This document shows, piece after piece, positions 25,720 through 39,384 of a stretch of 64,000 nt of DNA. The position numbers were made by a program, and so were the translations under genes. The notes beneath the pieces are model-generated. The model was not told where the DNA came from. It made no database searches and worked only from the letters and a program-made list of their open reading frames with translations. The stretch covers positions 209,622,001 through 209,686,000 of the forward strand of contig OX597815.1 of NCBI GenBank assembly GCA_951406725.2. Reading direction: 5' to 3'. Position 1 is the first letter of the stretch. Each line of letters starts with the position of its first letter. The stretch is from Octopus vulgaris. Lineage: Eukaryota.

Positions 25720-26220
25720 ATTCAAACAAAAATAATTCCCAGACGAAATCTCATTAAATCTCGGGTCACCCTACTCTTCCCCGATTCTTCTCCTCCATGC
25801 TCAGAGCAGGCCCATTCACCGCGGCCATGCTAGTCACTAACATCCACTTTCCAGTAAATTTACTCAAAAGCAGCAGTTACCTCTCCGTCCTCATTTTTCT
25901 TTTCAAGAGAAACTTGAAAAGTTGATGAGAATCAAGTCAAAGACGCCGGTCTTCAATTCTTTCTAACTTGTCCGTCACACGACTTCTTTCGCCAAAGCCA
26001 CCAGACATATAAATAATACCTGTCCTTCTCGGTCAAAGGAAGTTGGTAGAAAGATTTTCACAATGGACTCGGCTGATAGCTGAATCTGACCCACACAAGA
26101 TAGCAGATGTTCACATAATTCCAAAAGTCGCCAATTCACGAGCGTGGATGAAAGCGTGAAGAACAGCTTCCTCGTTCTACACGCATCTCGGGCATGCAGG
26201 GTTGACAGAATTTCCATGTT
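25720..26220 (-). mobile_element. 3' fragment of a Tx1/L1-like LINE related to 12500-16826
   Basis: cagctatcagccgagtccattgtgaaaatc...agaaggacaggta aligns by eye with 16300-16370. Confidence 0.65.
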
Positions 26221-27226
26221 TTACATCATCTCGAACTCCTCCCCGGTTGTACTGCCTGTTATCCAGAGTTCCTCGTTAAGAAATATTTTGGACATGTTGT
26301 ATATGAGTTTTATTGTAGCTTTGGTTTCTTTGTGAAAGACTTCGATTTTCATTTCCTTCAGAAGAAAAGGCTTGTTTCTTCTCATAAAATATCTTCTCTC
26401 CTCCATAAAATATGAGTTTGGCCTCGGCAGGAACTGTCTTTTCATCACAGGAGATGTATCCCTCTTCACAATTACTTATCGCGTCATTTGAACTTTTTTT
26501 CAGTTGGCTTTCATTTTTTTTAGACAATCTGCTTCACCCCTTTGGTCACCATCTTTATAAATTGATGGAGTGGTACAATCACGGGAGGAACTTTTCTTGT
26601 TTTCGCTAGTTGTAATTAGAAGAGGGAGTCTTGGGTCTCATGTCCTGCTCCTGGTAAGGCGGATGGAACAATTCGATTTGCCGGTTCATGGTTTGTATCT
26701 GGTGTCGCTTTGGTGCATCACATTCCATAATTTGTTTTTGTTGTTTTTGTTCTTACAGGATTCTATGAAGAAGGCCCGCAAATGTCTTTTGCTACGGCAT
26801 GTTTAACAGTTGGATTCTGTGTTTCAAAGTCTTCATCTTATTTCTCTGTACAAAACATAGTTCTATTATTGTTTTGTATTTTGAAGGTTTCACGAGGATT
26901 TATAAGTCCCTAGTGATTCTACCCATTCAAATATCACTAAGTGTTACATCTGAACTGACCACCTGTACATACTGACTGCCCAACGTCTTTGGTGAGGGGC
27001 GGTTTAGTTCATTAAATCGACTTCAGTACTGACTGGTATCTTATTTTCTCAACACCACAGGGATGGAATGTAAAGTCAATTAGAACTCAGAACTTAAAGT
27101 GCCAGGAAAAAATATTGTATGTCATTTTGTCTATTGCTGTAATTATTCTGTAACATATACAGAAGGCTTTGAATTTGAAGGCAGTAGAACGGTCGAATGT
27201 ATCGTGCTATTTTGATGTACTTTGTT

Positions 27227-27633
27227 GGCGCAGGAGTGGCTGTGTGGTAAGTAGCTTGCTTACCAACCACATGGTTTCGGGTTCAGTCCCACTGCGTGGC
27301 ACCTTGGGGCAAGTGTCTTCTACTATAGCTTCGGGCCGACCATAGCCTTGTGAGTGGATTTGGTCGACGGAAACTGAAAGAAGCCCGTCGTATATATGTA
27401 TGTATATGTATGTGTTTGTGTGTCTGTGTTTGTCCCTCTAGCATTGCTTGACAACCGATGCTGGTGTGTTTATGTCCCCGTTACTTAGCGGTTCGGCAAT
27501 AACAGACCGATAGAATAAGTACTGGGCTTACAAAAGAATAAGTCCCGGGGTCGAGTTGCTCGATTAAAGGCGGTGCTCCAGCATGGCCGCAGTCAAATGA
27601 CTGAAACAAGTAAAAGAGTAAAAGAGTAAAAGA
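27227..27633 (+). mobile_element. SINE family B (tRNA head, CORE-like ccttgggcaagt, internal TA/TG repeat, AAAAGAGT tail)
   Basis: A box tggctgtgtgg, B box gggttcagtccc; near-identical copies at 42383, 49055 and 53933. Confidence 0.92.
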
Positions 27634-28091
27634 GAGAGAGTGTAAGAACGAAAGGCAAAACACCTCAAAGAAGATCGAGAAGCTGTCACAGTATAAATAT
27701 CTTCATAACCAAGATAATAAATTATAAACAAAATCATGTAGCCATAATAAGGCTCGTAACTTTATATACACTCCATAAGAGGGCTCTGCTTGGCGCAACG
27801 TCCATTCTACACATAGCGTTTTCGATCCAATTACACGACTCAGCATATCCTCAATAGACGACACAGTCTATGCAATCAACGCTCAATAAAGTAATACAAC
27901 AACATACCCTGATATAATCAATATTCCGCACTGTAAACATCAACAACTAACACATCTCACCTTCTACGCAATTGCTACCCAATAATATAAAGCAATCCAC
28001 GAAACGTGCAGTCTTCATAATCAGAATTCGACACACAGACTCGTAACATCAATCACACAGCAAGCAGAATATATAATACACACACAGTACA

Positions 28092-28562
<471 letters not shown>

Positions 28563-28859
28563 CAAGTAGAATATGTAAAGAACAAACAGTATACACGAAA
28601 TGCAAATCACAATTCGCATTGCATATACTCAATACATCCAATACGAAACACCAAAATAAAACAGAAACAATAACACAAATTCCACAAGAAATCAATTCTG
28701 ATATATACAAATACAATTCTACAACCCCCAAAGCAGATAGTGTATACATACACCAGAAACACGGAAATGAAATTATACTTCGCCAAAAGCAGATATTGCA
28801 CACATACATTAAAGGAAGACGGAGTTGCTATTTCACATCGCGAAAAGCAGATGTTGCAC

Positions 28860-29185
28860 ACACATCAAAAAGTGGAGGCTTATTTCGTGGTATAATAGAA
28901 GCTAGCATAAAACTGTGTAAGATATGATGTACTGGACCTCACCAGAGAAATGAACAGTTTTTGAAAGAAAAAACCCCACTCCTTCTTGTGGTAGTTTGAG
29001 AACCTAGTTCCACACACAAGTTCTTATCTAAAAGACTGAAAGTTACCGAAACTGAGCCTTGCACTGTCGTCTTGCAGAACAGTGCAATTCTGCATTCCCT
29101 AAGAATCCTAAGAAAGATTCTTCAAATTTGAAGAGGCTTGTTGTCATCATCAAACCCCAAGACAACATCTTTGTTCACTAATAAA
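28860..29185 (+). mobile_element. Old R4/Dong-like RLE C-terminal remnant
   Basis: LDLTREMNSF* and VVLQNSAILHSLRILRKILQI* resemble KY.DL..E...LW...LQK..LLGT..ILRK.L. Confidence 0.55.
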
Positions 29186-29199
29186 ATATGAAATAATTA

Positions 29200-29242
29200 T
29201 CTACTACTACTACTACTACTACTACTACTGCTACTACTGCTG

Positions 29243-29300
<58 letters not shown>

Positions 29301-29306
29301 CACTAC
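29200..29306. repeat. (CTA)n microsatellite
   Basis: Direct reading. Confidence 0.95.
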
Positions 29307-29311
29307 TCTAC

Positions 29312-29518
29312 TGGAAGCACAAGGCTTCAAATTTATTGGGGGTAGGGATTAAGTAGATTGCATCGATCCCAGTGCGTAACTGGTCCTTAATTTATCGACT
29401 CCGAAAGGATGAGAGGCAAAAATCGACCTCGGCGGAATTTGAACTCAGAACATAAAGACGGAAGAAATGCTGCTAAGCATTTCGCCCAGTGGGCTAACGA
29501 TTCTATCAGCTCACCGCC
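29312..29518 (-). mobile_element. SINE family A
   Basis: Matches family consensus; followed by a compound (CCT)(CTA)(TAA) repeat to 29639. Confidence 0.85.
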
Positions 29519-29548
29519 CTCCTCCTCCTCCTCCTCCTCCTCCTCCTC

Positions 29549-29581
<33 letters not shown>

Positions 29582-29588
29582 TCACTTA

Positions 29589-29640
<52 letters not shown>

Positions 29641-29756
29641 GTCGCATGTAAACAAACAAGTTTGTTTTCGAAGCGTTGAAATGTATTTTCTTTTGCTGTA
29701 GTTTCAGCTCATAGCTGCGGCCATGCTGTTGCACCGCCTGTATTGTAGAACATGTA

Positions 29757-29899
29757 GAAAGATAAATTTTATTCAACGCATAGATACTGAAGAGTATATA
29801 TAAAGGATAAAATCCTTTTTTCTTTTTAAAGCAGAAAAAAGGATTTTATCCTTTATATATACTCTTCAGTATCTATGCGTTGAATAAAATTTATCTTTC
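29757..29899. repeat. Inverted repeat with 67-bp perfect arms and a 9-bp spacer
   Basis: gaaagataaattttattcaacgc...ccttttttct / agaaaaaagg...gcgttgaataaaatttatctttc. Confidence 0.93.
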
Positions 29900-29909
29900 C
29901 AATTGTTCT

Positions 29910-29945
<36 letters not shown>

Positions 29946-30923
29946 TTTTCATGCAGTTACAAGGCCAGAGGTTTTCAGGAGTGAAATATTCGATTATATC
30001 GAGGCCAATATTTGACTGATGTTTTATTTTGTTGACACCCAAAAAACAAACAAAAAAAAAAAACAACCAGAGTTGAGTAAAGCTGATAAAAAGGTTTAGG
30101 TGAAGTTAGAGTGTAAAGGATCAGAAAACTACCGCTAGGCCGTTTGGATGAATCTATAACAATTTGGCAATACAGTAACCATAGTATCAATTAATTTATT
30201 AACTACAAAGTCCCTCTAAATACGTTGGGAACAGTGCAAAACAAGATACAAAACAGTGGGCTTTCTCTGTAACATAGAGGTTCGGCAAAAGAGACTGATA
30301 GAATAAGTATCAGGCTTAAAAAGAAAATAAGTCCTGAGGTCGATTACTTCGACAAAAATTCCCCAAGGCGGTGCTCTAGCATGGCCACAGTCTAATGATT
30401 GAAACAAGTAGAACAATGTTTGGTTTTGACCCAGCTTGTTCTCGGGTGTTTTTCAACAGATTGGTGGATATTATGCTGCATAGTTCTCTCAGCCATACAA
30501 TATATTTTGTATTTTGGAACTGGACACAGAAGTTTGGTAGTGCTAAGCATTCAATTATTTTCCTCTCAATGCATTAGTTCTTAACAATGCTATCTCTCCC
30601 TTTTTCGACAAACAGAGGAAATCATGGGAGAACACTGCTACTAGTGCACATGGTAACTCTAGAGGGAAGAATTCTGATAAATTTTCATTGAATTCATAAG
30701 AAAATTCACAAATAATTTTCTTCTTACATTTGAAGTTGAATCGTCATATATCTTTTTTTCTGATAATTGTGATACATAGTCAGGTGACTCTCGTGTGCAT
30801 TGGTGCCACATACGTGCAAATATGCAAATTCGTCTCAGTAAATATCTTACATTGAGTCACTTTCATCATTTTTCAGAAACATAATAAAGTACTGTTTTAC
30901 ACAATCATCTTAATTCCACAAAT

Positions 30924-31305
30924 GGAAGCACTCCGTCGGTTACGACGACGAGGGTTCCGGTTGATCCGAATCAACGGAACAGCCTGCTCGTGAAATTAAC
31001 GTGTAAGTGGCTGAGCACTCCACAGACACGTGTACCCTTAACGTAGTTCTCGGGGATATTCAGCGTGACACAGAGAGTGACAAGGCCGGCCCTTTGAAAT
31101 ACAGGTACAACAGAAACAGGAAGTAAGAGTGAGAGAAAGTTGTGGTGAAAGAGTACAGCAGGGATCACCACCATCCCTGCCGGAGCCTCGTGGAGCTTTA
31201 GGTGTTTTCGCTCAATAAACACTCACAACGCCCGGTCTGGGAATCGAAACCGCGATCCTATGACCGCGAGTCCGCTGCCCTAACCACTGGGCCATTGCGC
31301 CTCCA
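30924..31305 (-). mobile_element. SINE family C, full length with TSD
   Basis: A box tggcccagtgg, B box ggtttcgattccc; TSD taattccacaaat at 30911-30923 and 31306-31318. Confidence 0.93.
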
Positions 31306-31320
31306 TAATTCCACAAATAG

Positions 31321-31851
31321 TATTGGGTTGTCCGGAAAGTTTAAAGGAAAGAAAAAGGTCAATAAATACTTGCCATTACATTTTTAATCAATCAAAGATG
31401 CACAATTTTGTTGCACAATGCGTCTCCATCTTTCCTTTAACTTGAAAATACCCTCTTCTCAGAATTGACGTGGTTTCATGGCAAGGAATTCATCAAAGTA
31501 TCTTTTTACGTCATCCAAGGAATTGAAGTTTTTACCATTAAAACTATTCTGCAGAGACCTGACTAAGTGGAAATCTGGTGAATATGGAGGGTGGGATAAC
31601 ACATCCCAGCCGAGCTGCAGCAATTTTTGTCTGGTTCCCAAAGCATCAAATGCCGAAAATGAACTGTCTTCTCTTCCATTTTAAAGGGTTACAGAATTAA
31701 CACAGGTTATAGGAACATAAACCTTCTTCCACGAAAAGATAGCTTAACCTGTGCTCTAAATGGAGGTGTAGTCAAATCCTATTTTATAGACTCAACCATG
31801 TTCTAAAATAAGCTACTATAAATCTGCACGAACCTTCCGGACAACCCAATA
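31321..31851 (-). mobile_element. Internally deleted mariner transposon (non-autonomous)
   Basis: TA plus TIR ttgggttgtccggaa(a/g)gtt at both ends; MEEKTVHFRHLMLWE start fused to TRQKLLQLGWDVLSHPPYSPD..FHL. Confidence 0.92.
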
Positions 31852-33518
31852 GTTATACCCTTCTTTATTCTGTTTGCATTTTACTAACGTATAAAGTTCT
31901 CAGCTAAGCTTTGGCTACCGTTGAAGTTCTCGCATTTTCTTCGGTTATACTCACTGCTATGCTAAAATGTATCATCCACTTTTGCCGATAGTTCTTTCTT
32001 TCTCCCTTTATTTGATTATTTTAAACTCTTTTCCCAAAACTCACATTCAGTAATTTAATTATCTTTTTTTTTAAAGTTATCACAACCACTGATTATTCAT
32101 AATGCACCACATCAACTTAGAAAAAAAAAAAAGAATTAGGATAGTCACCTGGTTTCTAAATTCTTTCCCTGAACAGACACAGCCCATTAAGTTTCTAATA
32201 ACACTAATAAATTAGTGTCAGAAATCATTATGTTTTACACAAAAGTTTTAGAGGTATGGTAATATGTAAATTTTCTTTTCCTTTCCTTGTGTTTGCGTTT
32301 TGTAGACATATGTGAGTTCGTAAGTAACTCTGCCAGTCAAAAGATAATGACTTCTAACATTAATATAAGATCGCAAATGTTTGGGGACGGTTATCATCGA
32401 TTAAATCAAATTAGATTTGAATGCACAGAGAAAAAAGTCTTGCAAACTTCAAGCAATTTCGACTAACATCCCTTCTGCGCTGATGTAGAAAAGGATACAC
32501 GACAAGATGACGTACATAATCGTACTTCAAATTTTGATGACACGATCCAAAATTTTGAGCAATTGGTTACATAAAGCACAAATTCGGGATTTGTACAGGC
32601 TGCTTAGAGAAGACCATCAGCCAGTGAGCTGAATAACGGAAGCTAGAAGCATCTTACCGGAATAAAAGGATTTCAGAGATCAGAGTAACAAACATGTTAA
32701 GCGTAATTTAATGGGGGCCAATTACCAACGCCAAGCTTTAGGTCTCGACAAGGAGAAAAATTAGAACATCTGTTAACTTTACCAGAGTAGTAGCAAAGGA
32801 GAACAATAGAGGAGAAGCTAGTCAAAGGATTTAGAAGTGGCGTGTAGAAAAGGCACCGCACATGACTCAGTAACTGTGAGATGAGATTCTCTCGGAACTC
32901 GAAACCCGAAGGGTGAGTTATGTACAAGGACGCATGCTCTGAAGCCTCTGAATATGAATGCCATTTGATTAGCTCAAGTGGTAGCTGTGCCTGCATAACA
33001 GTATATTAATATTTCGATGCCTGATGTACCGTAGTGGTTGCCTGTTATCTGATATCAAAAAGAAAAGTGCAGTTTTTCACCCTTTTGCCGAATTGGTTGC
33101 GAATAGCCTCAGAAAAAAATATATACTTCAATGCTTACCTCGATATTCTACAGAAAACACGAATGAAAACACAGGTCTCTGCACAACGCAGATTTCAGCA
33201 GAGAAGTAACAAACGTATTGAGCTTCTGCACAATGAATAAATCGCTATCCATGTGAGTATTCTTGTTACTTTACCAAACTTGTTGACAGCTGTTTTCTGT
33301 AGCTGGTAGCAAACCAGCAGGTGAGTAGCGTCGTTACTGAGGAAGGATCTGAAAGAAAGGAACATCACAAACAGCTTCAAACCGATGATTCTGACACAAA
33401 GAAGCCGAGTTTCTGTCAGAAGCCTGCATGGAACCGAATCAAGGTGTTTTAAATAATAATAATGTACATAATTGCTACCAAGTGTGTTGAGCGCATTTTT
33501 CTTTCGTTTGCCTACTCA

Positions 33519-33550
<32 letters not shown>

Positions 33551-33561
<11 letters not shown>

Positions 33562-33862
33562 ATGATGGTTTATCTCGTCGAAGAGTACGTATGAGCGTCC
33601 ATCTTTTGCTAAACGACCTTCACAAATGATTTGTTTTTAGGGATCAAATGTTCGTGCCGCACATTAGCTCACTCTCTCTCCATCAAATCGACTTTGTTTG
33701 AACAGGCGCACGATGTAGCACATGTCAGGAGTCGAAGTGATCGTAGAGCGAAGTGAGATGAAGTATTTTGCTCAAGAACACAGCGCAACACACCGCCTAG
33801 GAATTGAAATCACGAACTAGCGGTAGTGAGGGTAATACTCTAGCCACTAAGCCATGCACCTT
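33551..33862 (-). mobile_element. Diverged SINE family D-like copy
   Basis: gaaggtgcatggcttagtggctagag head; gctgtgttcttgagcaaaatacttcatctcac central domain. Confidence 0.65.
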
Positions 33863-33877
33863 CATACACAAACGCGT

Positions 33878-33913
33878 ATGTATTATATATATATATGCAT
33901 GTATGTATGTTTG

Positions 33914-33944
<31 letters not shown>

Positions 33945-34069
33945 GTATGTATATATATATGTATGTATGTATATATATATGTATGTATGTATATATATAT
34001 ATGTATGTATATATATATATATATATATATAAATGTATGTATATATATATATATGCATGTATGTATGTT

Positions 34070-34119
<50 letters not shown>

Positions 34120-34178
34120 CATATATATATATGCATGTATGTATGTTTGTATATATATATATGTGTGTGTGTATATAT
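33878..34178. repeat. Compound (TA)n/(TATG)n microsatellite
   Basis: Direct reading. Confidence 0.95.
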
Positions 34179-34811
34179 AAATATGCATGTCTGTGTAATA
34201 GTACGTATATATCTATGTTCTAAGATGTTTATCCTTCTTTGCATCTGAGCATCTGAAACTTTGTAAAGTTCGTCAAGTTGTACGCCATACACCCTTTCTT
34301 TAATATTTTTTTTTTACTGCGGCTATTTATATTATTTTCGTTTATGTGTCAGCTAGACCTGTTATTTCTTGCTCTTTCAACACAATAAAAGTATGAAATG
34401 TGTGAAATTAGACGGAAAATTGTTTTATTTATTGCAGAATTTCTACTTAGAAAGGATTGCAACAATTCTTCACCAGCGGTGAAAAGTTCTTTAATTTTCG
34501 AAGAAAATATTTCGTTCATTATTCATAAACAAACAAGATTGTTTTGCTTTTTTCCAATAGGATCCTACAGATCACGAGAAGAAAATTTGAACCAAAAGGA
34601 ATTGGTATTTACTTTGTCATGCAGAAAAGAAAAGAAAAAAAGGAAATGAAAGAAAATGAACGAAACGATTTTTCGATAACGCACGCAGAGAAAAAGAAAG
34701 AAAAACAAATGAGATTTCTGAAGCCAGCAACATTAGTGAGAATGTTTCTAGTAACAACGTTTAATATAACAACGACACTCACACACACTCAGTTTGCAGA
34801 ATGGAACAGTT

Positions 34812-35500
34812 ATTTCTTTATGGCCCACAGTGGGTTAAACATAGAAGGGACAAACAAGGACCGACAAACGGATTAAGCCGATTACATCGACTCCAGTAGT
34901 TACTGGTATTCATTTAATCGACTCCGAAAGGATGAAAGCAAAGTCGCGCGCGCGCGAGTGGGTGTGTATGTGTGTGTGCGTATGATGGTTTCTCTCGTCG
35001 AAGAGTACGTATGAGCGTCCATCTTTTGCTAAACGACCTTCACAAATGACTTATTTATAATGATCAAATGTTCGTGCGAAAGTTGAACTCAGAACGCAAC
35101 GGCAAACGAAATACATATTTCTTTACTACTCACAAGGGACTAAACACAGAGAGAACAAACAAGGACAGACAAACGGATTATGTCGATTACATCGACCCCA
35201 GTGCGTAACTGGTACTTATTTAATCCACCCCGAAAGGATGAAAGGCAAAGTCGACCTCGGCGGAATTTGAACTCAGAACGTAGCGGCAGACGAAATACCT
35301 ATTTCTTTACTACCCACAAGGGGGTAAACACAGAAGGGACCAACAAGGACAGACAAACGGATTAAGTCGATTATATCGATCCCAGTGTGTAACTGGTACT
35401 TATTTAATCGACCCCGAAAGGATGAAAGACAAAGTCGACCTTGGCGGAATTTAAAATCAGAACGTAACGGCAGTCGAAATACCGCTGAGCATTTCGCCCG
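34812..35500 (-). mobile_element. SINE family A multimer (three bodies) with a foreign insert of about 130 bp
   Basis: Bodies start at about 34812, 35117 and 35301; insert at 34947-35082. Confidence 0.85.
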
Positions 35501-35639
35501 ATTAACGATTCTTAATTCTTTATTGCCCACAGGGGTGGAGGGCAAACATAGATGGGACGATACAATGAAAAACACAAATATGAAAAAATCGATTAAAAAT
35601 TTATAATAAAATCGAATGATTGGGACATAAATTATAAAA

Positions 35640-35980
35640 ATGCTTTCAAATTTTGCTACAACGGCAGCCACTTTGGGGGAGGAGAGAAGTCGATCACATC
35701 GACTCCCTAGGATTTCACAGATACTTAGTTTATCGACCCAGAAAGGATGAAAGATAAAGTCGACCTCGAGGGAATTTGAACTCAGAACGTAGTGACGGGC
35801 GAAATATCGCTAAGCATTTCATCCAGCGAGCTGACGATTCTGCCAGCTCACCGCCTACCAATAATGTTTTCAAATTTTGGAAGAAGGCCAGCAAGTTAGG
35901 GGGAGGGAGTAAGTCAATTACATAGGCCCCAGTACGCAACTGGTACTTATGTTACCGACCCTAAATGGGTGAAAGGCAAA
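35640..35980 (-). mobile_element. Two SINE family A copies (second truncated)
   Basis: Family consensus with tail tttcaaattttg...aggccagcaa. Confidence 0.8.
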
Positions 35981-36430
35981 GCCCGCTTCCTACATGACCT
36001 CAGGTCGCACCGAATAGATATAGTTGCCACAGAGTCCAGGTTGAGCAGTCAGAGGGATTTTCCCCTACTCCTAAATGGCTACGAGAACATTATTTCTGGA
36101 GTGGAGATGTTGCTATGCTGTTCAGAAAAAACCTGGGCGTTGAATGTAAAACAATTTTTATCAACCCGTAGGGCGAGCTGGTCGTCGTGGATGTAACGTT
36201 CAGCGGTAAGACCTTCAGGATGGTATCGGTTTATGCCTCTACATGAGCAGGAAAAGCCTTTTATCTTTTCGAAGCTTGGAGACATTTCTTTGTTCGTCTC
36301 ATTCTATAATAATGTTAGGTGACTTTAATGCAATTTGCTATGCACGTGTGGATTGTGTCGGCTCGAATACTGTTAGAAAGGGAGATAGGGCTCCATAAAA
36401 CTACTTAGCCGTTTTCAGCTAGCAGATAGG
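35970..36430 (+). mobile_element. Tx1/L1-like APE endonuclease fragment
   Basis: KARFLHDLRSHRIDIVATESRL, FRMVSVYA, IIMLGDFNAI. Confidence 0.8.
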
Positions 36431-36439
36431 TAAATACGA

Positions 36440-36640
36440 GCGACGAACTGGCAGAATTGTTAGCAAGCTGGAAGAAATACTTAACGGTATTTCGCCCGTC
36501 GCTATCTCCTGAGTTCAGATTCCGCCGAGTTCGACTTATCCTTTTTGGGGTCGATAAGTTAAGTACCAGTGAAACACTGGGGTCTACGTAATCGGCTAGC
36601 CCCTCCCCTCAAAATATACGCCTTGTACCTTCAGTAGAAA
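36440..36640 (+). mobile_element. SINE family A
   Basis: Matches family consensus; (TTA) tail. Confidence 0.85.
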
Positions 36641-38970
36641 TTATTATTATTATTATGGTAGTTGTTGTTGGTGATTTAATTCTTGTTATTGTTCTGTATT
36701 GAAGAGAGCGAGCGTGATTAGACACAGCTTTGCTACAGAAGAAAATCATCGTGTTTATACTTAATAAAAAAATCATTTAAAAAAAATATTATACTTTGAA
36801 ACATTTGAATATCTACTCCTTTTACGTTGGGTGGAGAATAAGATTTGTGGTTGGGTAGATAAATTCATTTTATAAATATTTGCTTACCTGTATACGAACG
36901 TGTTTTCTGTTAACTTACACACCTCAAGAATTTTGAATGGGTTTTCGAATATTTTGTAAACAAGAACATGAATCTGAAAAGAAAACTTGACAAGCATATA
37001 AAAATATAACACTTAAACGAGCAAGCATAAACATTTACATGGGAATCAACGATGAAGATAGCAACAAAAGCAGAAATTCTTTAACCATTGTTGCCAGTGA
37101 AGAAATAGTTATGAATATGGTTCAATCCGCAGAATTAAAAGGAATGCAAAACAGGTATGTCACGAAATATTCCGCCTCCTTGCTAGAGGATTTTATTGAA
37201 GAAAGAACACGGAAGAAAGTAACTTAATTCTGCTTACCAAAAGAAATGAAAATGCAAAAGAAAAGGAAAGAATTTTCAACATGATCTTAAAAGAAAGAAG
37301 CCTCGGTTGAAATATGGAATACTGTTATTTTAATCAACTGAGGGAAGGCGCATGAGACTATGTCTATGGTTTAAAAATCCTAGAAAGAAGCGAAGCAACA
37401 ACTGAGTTGGTGTCCCAACATACCTGCGCACAGTCTTGCATTGCTGAATACGGGGTGATGGAATACAAAATGTCATCCAGAAGCAATGGAAATGATATTG
37501 ATCCTTGTTTCGTTAACTTTACGACACATTACGGGCATGCTGCAAGTGTGAAGATAACTAAAAGTGATACAGGTTCATGCAGATTTTTCTATCTTTTAAT
37601 CAGGAAAGAAGATAGTGTCCATTGTCTTTAACAGATTGAACGGAAGGGAAGAAGATATCTTCAAACCGGAGGCCTGAAACTAGTTTATATCTGGTGCGTG
37701 TAGAAAATATCAGATTTCGCCGAAGTATGAAGATATCCACCAGCTAAAGCAGGAATGGGTATCTTCATATTGAAAAATATTCAATTTAACTGGAAGCAAA
37801 GAGAACAAAAACGCATACGACCCACGTATGTTATACCAGAGACTGATTCAAATTTGTAAATTTAGACAAGTACGAAAATAAATATTTGAAGTCGTGTTCT
37901 TCATGCACTTCAAAGGAGTTTTTTTTTTCTCAAATTTACAGGCTGAAGACTTGAACTTGAAGCTTTTGGAATAAACATATGACGACATTGCTGAATTGAA
38001 CAACTTTTACAATTATTTTTGAAAACTGAATCAGGCAATGCTAATAAAACATCTTTTGAATGTGGGTGTCTTTCTGAACAATTATTTTATCAATAAAAGT
38101 AAAAAAATATCTCTACACATCACTGTTGAGTCGAATACTTTTTATAAGTCTTTATATGTTTTGTGATCTGCTTCGTTTCGTTTGATATTTTTTGATATGT
38201 ACATTTTATAGATGATGGGCTGTTCTGTTCCTTTGAAACACTTCTTCTCATGCATTTGGCGAGATTTTAAATGTTGACTTGCTGAAGCTTAAATAATTGA
38301 TGGGAAGGTATATTCTGTAGAAAGGGAACTTCAACAAAATGCTTTGTTTTCGGTAAAAAAAAAAAAGTAGTTTTGCTTGGCTCAAATTTTTTGTCATCTT
38401 TAATTCTATTGTTCGTTGCCATATCTCTTAGCTAAATCAAGACCCACCAACATTTTTGTTATGTTTTAGCCCTGTTTTTCTTTTTATCTAGCAAACAATC
38501 TCCCGAAGGGGATTCTGAAATCAAATTTTACTTTCATAAGAAAAATATTCATATAACTGCATAATGACAAAACTAGTATTTCTACATCGAAATTTTAACA
38601 AGGCTATACAAAAAATAAAAGCGAATGCCCTGGAGTCTACGCATTCCTCCATATTCCGAGAAAAAAAAAACGGATAGAAAAATTTACAAAATGGTTTTCA
38701 GAAACTGCTGAAAAATTCAATTAAATATGAAAGTAAGCAAATATTTTGCATTGAGAGAAGTACAGTTCGGCTGTAATTATGAAGAATCTGTTCATTACCC
38801 CATGAGCAAAGTTTGGTCTGATACGATGCTTTACTGGCTGAAAAAATCATTTATTTATGCTTTCTGCTATTGATTATTAATACACATTTAGTGAAGGAGC
38901 TGATAAAAGATAGTTTATTTACTTACTGTGTTACATTTTTCTTTTTATTTGATACAATAGAAATAGTTTG

Positions 38971-39014
<44 letters not shown>

Positions 39015-39384
39015 GATTGTAAAGTAGAAATTTAATAAACAGTATACAATTTTAAAGCTTTCGTGAACAATTTTTTTTTAAAGATCTCACATATATTTAG
39101 AACTTATGCTATACAAAACTAGAGACTTGAGATCAATACTCATGCAAGCAACCAGCTATGGAAAGAAAACTGTCAATGTGATCAATCGATTGTCCCTCAA
39201 TTCACAGCCTACAGTCGTAATTAAAGACAGATGCATTGAACAACGGAGTTCCTGATTTTCCAAATGAGAGGCGCTGATGGTTGAAATGCCTTTAATCATA
39301 AACCGCATAGCCAGAGTTGTTCAGGTGCTAAAGGAAAGTAACAATGAATTTTTGAAAATCATTTTTCTTTAAATTAGTTTACAA

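Noticed and set aside
27227-27302. tRNA-like sequences at SINE heads (also 19386, 31305, 49055, 53933)
   Set aside because: A/B boxes are present but they continue into SINE bodies with tails and TSDs; no clean cloverleaf
32440-33480. Coding-like, GC-richer stretch
   Set aside because: Many stops and no recognisable motif; left unclassified
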